Source: an uncultured Methanosarcinaceae archaeon
GTDB taxonomy: Archaea; Halobacteriota; Methanosarcinia; Methanosarcinales; Methanosarcinaceae
Length of the DNA: 31,649 nt
Direction: 5' to 3'
Assembly (NCBI GenBank): GCA_963833425.1
Contig: CAWHXP010000017.1
Coordinates: 1 to 31,649 of the forward strand
Shown: piece by piece, positions 11,090 through 19,572 of the stretch
Numbering within the stretch: position 1 is the stretch's first letter
Layout of the letters: each line of letters begins with the position of its first letter
Made by a program: the position numbers and the translations under genes
The notes under the pieces: generated by a model
Database searches by the model: none
The model's input: only the letters and a program-made list of their open reading frames with translations
Told to the model about the DNA's origin: nothing

Positions 11090-11727
11090 ATGGATATTTC
11101 AGAGAGAAAAGATTTTTGAGGAGCTAATCTTATCGAGGCAGACCTTCAAGGAGCTAAGCTCATAGAGGCTAACCTCATAAAGGCTAATCTTGAAGGAGCC
11201 AACCTTGAAGGAGCTAATCTTCAAAAAGCTGACCTTCGAGGAGCTAACCTTTCAAATGCTTACCTTCCAGGGGGTAAAGAAACTAACCTTCAAGAAGCTA
11301 ATCTTCGCTGGTCTAACCTCCAAGGAGCTGACCTTATAATGGCTAACCTTCATTTGACTAACCTTCAGAGAGCTAACCTTCAAGAGGCTAACCTTCAAGT
11401 AACCTTCAGGGAGCTGATCTCCAAGGAGCTGACCTTCAAGTAACTAACCTTCAGGAGGCTAATCTTCATTTTGCTAATCTTATAGGGGCTGATTTTTATG
11501 GAGCTTATCTTCAAGAAGCTAACCTTAAAGGAGCTAATCTTCAAGGAGCTAACCTTCAAGGAGCTAACCTTGAAGGGGCTAACCTTGAAGGAGCTAATCT
11601 TGAGGGAGCTCTCAATTTATCAATTGACCAGCTTTCTAAAGTGAAAACACTTCATAGCGCAAAAATGGACAAAAAGCTCCTTAAGTCACTAAAAGAGCAA
11701 TATCCTGACCTTTTTGAAGTACCGTAG
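11090..11727 (+). pseudogene. Pentapeptide-repeat protein; TGA at codon 10 and a frameshift at ~11400
   Basis: A(N/D)LxG repeats encoded by 15-bp units (GGAGCTAACCTTCAA). The C-terminus LNLSIDQLSKVKTL is paralogous to ORF 14870..15367. Confidence 0.88.
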
Positions 11728-11761
11728 CTACAGATTCTCAAGGATCAAGATCGTCACGATA

Positions 11762-12448
11762 TGAGTGAGTATCAAGGAGGAGATGAAAACCTGATATAAG
11801 TGCATCATCAATCCCCCAAGCGTGTTCAAGGGCATATTTCTCAAATGCAGGATTGAGCAAAGAGCCTGGAGTTTTAGTCATAAGTTGCTATGAAACGATT
11901 TTCCCTTGGAACCCTGATCTGTGTCCTATATAGGGAAAAAGTATCTCCTTCTAAAAAATAAAATATGAAATGATAGGATCCTGATTGCTGGAAACAATGT
12001 CCATATTTTCGTCTGATTCAGCCCCTTAATTTTCTTCTCTCTGCATGGGAGCATAGGGAAAAGAAATCTATTTTCTTGAAAACAAAGAAAATTGAATTTT
12101 TGAGGGTACAGCGACATTTGGAATTACTCTGGAAACTCTGAGCTGTGAGAAAGTATTTGCCATTATTTCGGCTTTTTCACCCATTATCATGAGGATTCTT
12201 CGAAATAACGGGTTTTAAGAAACTCGAAAACGGTCTGCTCAAAAACGAGCCACTCACATCAGCATCTCCGTTTTCATACGATAAACAAACCTGACAACAA
12301 ATTGGGTTTTGAAAATATTTTCCAGAAGTTCGTCTATTTTTTCAAGAATTTTAGTCATTTCGAAATTTTCAAGCCATTCAGAGATCTCGGCTCCATCTAT
12401 CCTATATACAAAGTCTACGTTGACATTGTATCCATAAAGTATTTTCAG
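11762..12448 (-). pseudogene. Decayed, 3'-truncated ADP-dependent glucokinase/phosphofructokinase-family gene
   Basis: Fragments KILYGYNVNVDFVYRIDGAEIS, VFEFLKTRYFE, IMANTFSQL..SRVIPNVAVPS, PRENRFIATYD and ALISGFHLL, with many stops and frameshifts. Confidence 0.8.
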
Positions 12449-12492
12449 TTAATCAGTTCCTGCTTAATTTCCACGAAATGAATAGTTTCAGC

Positions 12493-13979
12493 TTAAACAG
12501 ATAGACTATTTATTATCTTTTTTTGCTTTATTTTTGAAATCATGGCGGCAAAAGTTCCTCCCGAAATTACATCCCCTATTCCCACTGTAGCCTTTGGTTT
12601 GTTAACGATCTTTGTGGGAATAATGACTGCATCATGGTCTGGTCCGTAGAGATATCCAGACTCAAATTCTTCCAGAGTGCAAAGCTTTCGGCCTACGCAA
12701 TAAATTTTGAAGTTTTCCAGACCTTCAGTTCCATCACTTGAAATCGGAACTTTCAGCCCAACCTCTGCCTCCATAAAGTTTTCAATATTTCCCCTTATGG
12801 CCTTAGTAGCTGCCAGAGTTGAGGAAAAGAGAAGAAAGCCCCTATGTTCTTTAAGTGTAAGAGGATGATCTTTTACCAATATGCAGATATAAAAACCAAG
12901 AGAATGTACATGGACTCTTTCAAGCGACAGGTCCTTCAAAAGTTGAACAGCTCCCTGATAAATAGATGTTATCCCATATTCCTCTTTCATGATCACAGAA
13001 TAAGAGAGTCCTTCATGCCCAAGCACATTCAAAGCATTTGCTATCTCTACAGTATCAAGGCCCAGGGAATGAACATGTTTGGCGACAATCTCTGTTAGGA
13101 TAGCCTTTCTTATAACCCTGTTCTGGATGGATGTGAGTTCTACGTGGATACGGAGTTCAGGGTTTAAGGACTTCAGTTTCTCAATAACCTGCACCGAACG
13201 TGCAACATGATCTTGATATGTGGACCAGTCCTCATACTTCTCCGTTATCAGCTGATAACCTGAAAGCATTGCCCCATCAATCGGGAAAATGGGATTAAGC
13301 TGTTCATAAACCTCTCTTTCCATATCCAGGCGGAGCCATTTGGGATGAGAAGAAATAATCAAACGGTTATCTCTAAGCACTTTGAAGTTTCTTCCATCAC
13401 AGCTTACGTTAAGATTTTTGGAATATTCAAGGATCCAGTTGACTTTTGAATCGATGTTGGGTTTGAAAGCTTCTCGTGGATGCTTTAAGCAGATTTTTCC
13501 ATTTTTGATCTTTGGATGCAGAGATTGTCAGTATCTACAAAATATTTTGCCTGCTCTTGAGAAAGCCAGGGAACATATATCACTACTTTTTTCAGCCCCA
13601 AGGAAGAAAGAAGATTTGAAATGATCCCAGCCTGGCCTCCCATCCGTGCATAGTCAAAACCCAGATGCTCCTTCAACCATTCGTGAATGTCTGAATTATA
13701 AGTAGGGATTTCGGCAGCTTTCCCTTCTCGCATGGAAATAAGTAAGCGTGCCATGAAATCTATAGGGTCCTTTATTTCCCTAGGATATGTCTCAATCCTT
13801 TCCATAATTTCAGTCTCTTTAAAAAGTCCGATAAGCTTGGAAATGTCTGCTTCAGTAAGGTGTTTGATAGCATCGATATTGCTATTGTAAGCTACAAACA
13901 TCCCGTCTATATAAGGAATTGTTTCTTTGACGTTATAAAAAGCTTCTATATGACGCTGTTCCCATTTGTGTATATCCAC
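12493..13979 (-). CDS. pfkC: ADP-dependent phosphofructokinase, single 1-nt frameshift at ~13520
   Basis: AYNSNIDA, RMGGQAGIISN, DNRLII, HVELTSIQN, VHVHSLG and TVGIGDVIS. The two ORFs join if CTC^TG is read as CTC CTG. Confidence 0.85.
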
Positions 13980-14574
13980 TTAATAAACCCCCTTAAAATA
14001 CATGTTCTAATCAAAAAATAATTAATCAAAATTCGGGGTAATCCGGATTCTTATTTTTTCAAATTAATTTTTGTTTGAGTCATCTTGATTGTATTTGGCA
14101 TAAAAGTACATGAGATGATCTTCCTCATGTGCTCTTCGCATAATTTTTTTGTCATCTGTTTTTTTTGTGTGTAAATGCCTTCATATCTCGCGCATTTTCA
14201 ATTTTAAAAGATAGATGCTCTATCAATGAATCATAAATAAAAATTCAACCATCGCTTGTTGATTCACATGAACAACATTAGATAGAGAAAACTCATTTCT
14301 ATCATTGGATCAAAAAGGATATTTTTGCTAATTTTGATCAGATTATATCTTAATTGTAAAAAAAAGGGCACTATTCTGTAGAATATTATCCTAAAATATG
14401 ATATATTCATAAATTTTGTCAAATTAATTTGAGCTAAAAATAGGATAGATTTTCAATATCAATTAGAAGACACGATCAACCTTAGGGTAAATATGTCTTC
14501 CTGCGACTGAGATATCTCTATCAAAATTATGTTCATCCCCACCTATTTTTTTTCAGCCTCATGTGCTCCCTATG

Positions 14575-14700
14575 CTATTTTAGATCCTTCCTCTGAGAAC
14601 CACGAGCTGCTGCTGACGCAGAAGTCATTGAAATTATACAAAATACAACCAGTAAAATAATTAATGTCTTTATGGTTCCGTTAAATGTTTGTTTTCCCAT
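14575..14700 (-). pseudogene. 41-aa ORF consisting mostly of a Sec-type signal peptide (stub of a secreted-protein gene)
   Basis: MGKQTFNGTIKTLIILLVVFCIISMTSASAAARGSQRKDLK-TAG with a GGAG RBS upstream. Confidence 0.5.
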
Positions 14701-14772
14701 TATTTTTGCTCCAAATTTGTATGCAGTTTGATACAATTTTCAGTCTGTGATTTTATCCTCACTTTTGATTAG

Positions 14773-14854
14773 AGAGAATTTCGATATTTTCACAAATTAT
14801 TTATATGCAGCTTATGTACATGTGACAAAATTTAGTGATTTATCGAAATTCTCC
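14773..14854. mobile_element. MITE family A
   Basis: TIRs GAGAATTTCGATA / TATCGAAATTCTC. Confidence 0.72.
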
Positions 14855-14869
14855 TTAAGCCCAGTTTCT

Positions 14870-15367
14870 CTAGAGATTGTTGTCTACACAAATTCCTAAA
14901 AAATTACGCTGATGTTCTAGAAACTGCTGCTCTAAGGATTTAAAAAGTAATGGAAACTCTTCTTTTAGTGATATGAGGAATTCTTTATCTAATTTTACAT
15001 TATAAAGTGATCTCACTTTAGATAGCTGGCCAATTGATAAATTGAGAGCTCCCTCAAGGTTAGCTCCCTCAAGGTTAGCACCTTCAAGGTTAGCTCCTTG
15101 AAGATTAGCTCCTTGAAGATTAGCTCCTTGAAGATAAGCTCCTGTAAGGCGAGATTCTACAAGATTAGTTCTATAAAGATTAGCTTTTTCAAGATTTGCC
15201 TCTATAAGATTAGCCCCTTCAAGGTTAACTCCTTGGAGATTAGCTTTTTTAAGGTTAGCCATAAAAAGGTTAGCTTTTACAAGTTTAATCCCCACAAAGT
15301 TAGCTCTTTCAAGGTTAATTCTTTTAAGATTAGCCCCAAAAAGGTTAGTTTTTCCAAGATCAATCAT
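14870..15367 (-). CDS. Pentapeptide-repeat protein
   Basis: Intact 165 aa of A(N/D)LxG repeats with a GAGG RBS. Confidence 0.9.
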   Translation of the reverse strand: MIDLGKTNLFGANLKRINLERANFVGIKLVKANLFMANLKKANLQGVNLEGANLIEANLEKANLYRTNLVESRLTGAYLQGANLQGANLQGANLEGANLEGANLEGALNLSIGQLSKVRSLYNVKLDKEFLISLKEEFPLLFKSLEQQFLEHQRNFLGICVDNNL

Positions 15368-15699
15368 ACAATAACCTCTTTTTTACCACGAAATACCTAC
15401 TTTATTGGCTTTTTTTATCAACAGTGAACCAAATCAACGATAATTTAAGCGTAACCCAGTAAACAGTACACTAGATGTCGCTGGAAAATTTCTAAGCTAT
15501 GGATGGACACAATCTAAACTAAAATACCGGTAGCAAAAAGCACATTAAAAGGATCAGAAAAAATAACGAAGAGTTATATTCTTTTTATTGTAAACCCAAA
15601 TACCGTTGCTCCGAAAATATATCTCTTAAGTATAAATGTATTCTAGGCAATTATTGACTTAGTCTTTGCATCTGTAACTGATTTTCTTTTATCTGTTCG

Positions 15700-16185
15700 C
15701 TTTAAACTACAATGTACAATTACCCCTTGTTTATTTTAAATTAATTATACAAAAAATAGTTTCTGAATAAAACTTACTTCCCCATAAAATATTTTAAAAT
15801 CTAACAACAATTTAATATTAATTAAGTTTTTATTATATTAGGAGATTTTAGTCGTGCCCCATTAGCTGGTTGATATTTTCACCTTAGAATGCACTTTGAT
15901 TCAAATGCGCTAGTTTTTGAGCTTACCTGCATGCAGAGAATCGAAAACCACACTGCGTAGAAAATGAGATGTAGAGAGCAAGTATGGGTTCCGTTGCAAA
16001 AAATCTGGCTATTTTACAAAACCAGTGAAAAACATCACAAATGGGATATTTATATGTCATATACATGTCAATAATGATACAAAAAGCAATAGTGATAGCC
16101 TAAAAAGGCAGTAAAATTATTTTTGCAACGGAACCCAAGTATGTGACTTTTCTGGAGAAACATCAATTAATTATTAGTAGACCAC
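15700..16185. repeat. Long non-coding repeat module, copy 3 (contains MITE-C)
   Basis: Similar to 5100-5250 and to 25425-25770 (ccttagaatgcactttg.t.caaatgc, gagaatc.aaaac, gagcaagtat). Confidence 0.78.
15986..16136. mobile_element. MITE family C (151 bp) with 6-bp TSD AAGTAT
   Basis: Perfect 17-bp TIR GGGTTCCGTTGCAAAAA. AAGTAT flanks both sides, and an empty site is present at 25725-25730. Confidence 0.9.
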
Positions 16186-16268
16186 TCATTTAAGCGGTTT
16201 ATAAATAACTTGTTGAAATGAGAAATTTACCGAAATACTCTTTAAAGTAAATATTTTTGTTTTTTATA

Positions 16269-16589
16269 GGACTTACGCATTTGAAGTATTAAATCAGGTA
16301 CAATCACCATTATAATTTAAACTTTAACTATAACTATTTAGCCTGAGTAAAACAATACTAATGACCATCTTTACTAGGATTTACTAAGCAAATCTCTATG
16401 GACTTATTTTTTATGACTGTAGGTTATTGATGGTGTTTTTTATTTTTCCGTTAGCTAGTAAGCAGAAGTATCGATTTCATCAAAATAGATGCCCTCCAAC
16501 TGATTTTTAGTAAGCTGAATAATTACCTTTAATTTTAGACATTTGTAAGTATAATGATATTTATTTCTCGGTTCAATCGCATATAGTAC
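16269..16589. mobile_element. MITE family B with nested MITE-E (16330-16526)
   Basis: Left end GGACTTACGCATTTGA and degenerate right end. The inner element ATAACTATTTAGC...GCTGAATAATTAC is flanked by CTTTAACT/CTTTAATT. Confidence 0.7.
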
Positions 16590-16641
16590 TAATGAAGTTT
16601 CATAACAAGTTATTTATGGACAGGTGTGGGATTCCATTCAA

Positions 16642-18195
16642 ATGACTCAGGCAAGAAGGCCCCTTTTGCTCATTATCCTCGATGGATGGGGATACAGGGG
16701 AGACGAAGAAGGAAATGCTGTCCTGGAAGCCAGAACCCCAAATCTTGACTTTCTGATGAGGGAATATCCCTGGTGTTTTTTAGAAGCGTCTGGAGAGGCT
16801 GTTGGTCTCCCTGAAGGTCAGATGGGAAACTCTGAAGCGGGGCATCTAAATATAGGAGCAGGGAGGATAGTGTACCAAGACCTTACCCGAATAAACTTTT
16901 CTATCAGAAGTGGAGATTTTTTCAAAAACCCAGTTTTTCTAAATGCAATTTCAAATGTAAAGGTCAACGACTCAAACCTGCACCTCATGGGGCTTGCCTC
17001 CTACGGAGGTGTACATAGCTATATGACTCACCTTTATGCGCTTATAAAACTTGCACATGAGAAAGGACTAAAAAAAATATATATACACTCTTTTTTGGAT
17101 GGAAGGGACGTACCCCCTAAAACTGCTCTTGAAGACATAAAAGAACTAGATGCATTTTGTAGGGAAAATGGGGATGCTAAAATCGCAACGGTCTCAGGAC
17201 GCTACTACGCAATGGACAGAGATAAGCGTTGGGATAGGACAAAACTTGCCTTTGAAACTATAACTAAGGGAGTTGCCACTTATACAGCCCCGGATGCAGA
17301 GACTGCAGTTTCTGAAGCCTATGGCAGGGGAGAGACTGATGAGTTTGTAAAACCGACTATAATCATTGATTCAGAAGGAAATCCAGAAACAATCATAAAA
17401 GATAATGATTCTGTAATCTTCTTCAATTTCAGGTCAGATAGAGCACGGCAGCTTACCTGGTCTTTTGTAAAAAAAGATTTTGAAGGCTTCGCGAGGGAAA
17501 AACGTCCGAATGTTTACTATGTCTGTATGGTCCAATATGATGAAACCCTGGATTTGCCAATTGCTTTCCCTCAAGAAAAGCTGGTAAAGGTGCTTGGAAA
17601 AGTACTTAGTGAGCAGGGACTTATCCAGCTCCGAATTGCTGAAACCGAGAAATATGCACATGTAACTTATTTCCTGAACGGTGGACAGGAAAAATGTTAT
17701 GCAGGAGAAGATCGTTGCCTGATCCCTTCTCCGAAGATTGCTACCTATGATCTCAAACCCGAAATGAGCGCATATGAAGTTACGGATGAGGTTATCAAGC
17801 GAATTCGGTTAGGAAAGTATGATGTCATTGTCCTTAATTTCGCAAACATGGATATGGTTGGACACTCCGGAATTTTTGAAGCTGCAGTAAAGGCAGTAGA
17901 AGCCGTGGATAACTGCATAGGTAGGATTGTAGCGGTTCTGAAAGAAACAGGAGGAATAGCACTCATAACTGCAGATCACGGAAATGCTGAACAGATGATA
18001 AACCTGAAAACAGGAGAACCGTATACAGCACATACTTCAAATCCGGTAAAATGCATTTACGTAGGAAATGATGAGGTAAAAACTCTTAAAAATGGTAAAC
18101 TGTGTGACCTTGCGCCAACTATTCTTGAACTCCTAAGAGTTTCGAAACCGCAGGAAATGAAAGGAAAATCACTTATCCAGGATTTGCGTATTTGA
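16642..18195 (+). CDS. gpmI: 2,3-bisphosphoglycerate-independent phosphoglycerate mutase
   Basis: [47 protein letters not shown] and ADHGN. ATG 16642 is the likely start (GTG 16624 is an alternative). Confidence 0.95.
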   Translation: MTQARRPLLLIILDGWGYRGDEEGNAVLEARTPNLDFLMREYPWCFLEASGEAVGLPEGQMGNSEAGHLNIGAGRIVYQDLTRINFSIRSGDFFKNPVFLNAISNVKVNDSNLHLMGLASYGGVHSYMTHLYALIKLAHEKGLKKIYIHSFLDGRDVPPKTALEDIKELDAFCRENGDAKIATVSGRYYAMDRDKRWDRTKLAFETITKGVATYTAPDAETAVSEAYGRGETDEFVKPTIIIDSEGNPETIIKDNDSVIFFNFRSDRARQLTWSFVKKDFEGFAREKRPNVYYVCMVQYDETLDLPIAFPQEKLVKVLGKVLSEQGLIQLRIAETEKYAHVTYFLNGGQEKCYAGEDRCLIPSPKIATYDLKPEMSAYEVTDEVIKRIRLGKYDVIVLNFANMDMVGHSGIFEAAVKAVEAVDNCIGRIVAVLKETGGIALITADHGNAEQMINLKTGEPYTAHTSNPVKCIYVGNDEVKTLKNGKLCDLAPTILELLRVSKPQEMKGKSLIQDLRI

Positions 18196-18292
18196 GGTAA
18201 AAAATCAAATATAACGGACGTTGTAGTTTAACATGTGCTTTATAGTTGGAGGTTTAATGCCATTGATTTTTCAATTCAATTGCGTGAATTCT
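18180..18292. mobile_element. MITE family B overlapping the gpmI stop codon
   Basis: GGATTTGCGTATTTGAGG...CATTGATTTTTCAATTCAATTGCGTGAATTCT has the same ends and size as the copies at 19249 and 24516. Confidence 0.65.
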
Positions 18293-18863
18293 ATTCATCA
18301 TTCGTCGTTTTTTGTAGCAAAAATGAGTTCTAAATTTCTAACCTTAAGCCTGAAATCAATATTCTGCTCCAGCTTCACATCAATGAATACCTTGGAAAAC
18401 TGTTGAGAAAGTAGGGCAATTTATCATGAAGAAATTTTCAAGAAGAACATAAGCTTTTTGGGAAAAAGGTTTACACCTGAGACTAATGAAATACAATGAA
18501 GCAGATATTTTCTTTGATTGGAGATGGGGTAGACAAAGCCAGATCATTCAAAATTGATAGTAACCTAACGAATTTTTGTCACAATTTATTTGCTTATTTC
18601 AACAAACTATGTTTTCACACTGAAAAATGGACAGGATTCTTACCCTTAATAAGGACGAGATTTATATGTTGTTGGTTTAGTTGATTCACTGTCTAAAGAC
18701 ACTTCCTCACAGTGAGAATCTGTATTTATACTGGTCTCATTTGTTTTAGTTTCATTTATATCATTGATTAACTATAGCTCCCACTCTATCAAAGAAAACT
18801 TAACCACATACTTCAATGTATTTCAGGACTATGTCCTACACTCGAATCATCTGCCCAAACAAA

Positions 18864-18900
18864 TTTTTTATATAAATTGCTTCAATACATTAGAAGGTGA
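18864..18900 (+). promoter_or_regulatory. TATA box and RBS of the amber-containing ORF
   Basis: TTTATATA at 18867-18874 preceded by an A-rich segment, and AAGGTGA ending 6 nt before ATG 18907. Confidence 0.55.
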
Positions 18901-18906
18901 TATAAC

Positions 18907-19200
18907 ATGGTAAAATTTGAGCTTGATGATTCTGGAGTATAGCGGAATACCAACGTTTTCGATCAACTTCTCATATTTGTAAAAGAGAATTGGGGAAATG
19001 ATAGAGCAATTCTCAAAAATTTCGAAGATTTAGCCGGTATTGATCTTATTGGGTGGTTCATGCAGGACAAAGATAATGAAATTTCGGTAGGTATCGAACT
19101 CAATGAATCTAGTGACCACAACTACGACGAAATCATTTTCTATGATAAAAACAAAGAAGATATAACCATATTTTCAGTAATGAGAGAACCTACCGCTTGA
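18907..19200 (+). CDS. Acidic 97-aa hypothetical protein with in-frame TAG at codon 12 (Pyl readthrough candidate or nonsense allele)
   Basis: MVKFELDDSGV-(TAG 18940-42)-RNTNVFDQLL...FSVMREPTA-TGA, with 85 sense codons after the TAG and a strong RBS. Confidence 0.6.
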
Positions 19201-19248
19201 TGTGTAACATATGTTCAATAGGCAACGCCTGGGCGACCATATAAGTTT

Positions 19249-19362
19249 GGACTTACGCAGTTGAATTGAGAAATCAATAACATTAAACTTTTGATTGTAT
19301 AAAAAATAAATTTGACAACAATGTATATTGAACTTGATTTTGTACCTCAACTGCATAAGTCT
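19249..19362. mobile_element. MITE family B (114 bp)
   Basis: TIRs GGACTTACGCAGTTGA / TCAACTGCATAAGTCT. Confidence 0.85.
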
Positions 19363-19572
19363 TATTGATAAATAGCCATAGGCATATGTTGTAATTTTAA
19401 TGTCCTCAAAAATTAATCCTTTGAACTGTCTGTTTTTGTATTAAGTATGAAACTATCTAAAAGTTTAAAATACAACAAATCCTTTTAGTATAACTATAAT
19501 AGTCATTAAAATTTTTCTAAAAACTCTCAATGAATGAAAATTAAATGAATTTTGGAATAAGCTAGATGAGAT

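Noticed and set aside
11117..11119. In-frame TGA in the pentapeptide gene as selenocysteine
   Set aside because: Not a Cys-equivalent position, likely CGA>TGA, the gene is also frameshifted, and Methanosarcina are not known to use Sec.
11120..11610. Regular 15-bp periodic repeats (also 15040-15350) as a CRISPR array
   Set aside because: No unique spacers. The period equals 5 codons of pentapeptide repeats, and no cas genes are present.
11725..11799. TAG followed by 23 open codons after the pentapeptide pseudogene
   Set aside because: The TAG is at a plausible natural C-terminus, the gene is already broken, and an extension this short can occur by chance.
14123..14568. 12-bp direct repeat CCTCATGTGCTC
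   Set aside because: Short, with no extendable homology or interpretable context.
18330..18684. ORF 18496..18684 and nearby coding-like sequence
   Set aside because: No recognisable family or convincing RBS. It may be a remnant but cannot be supported.
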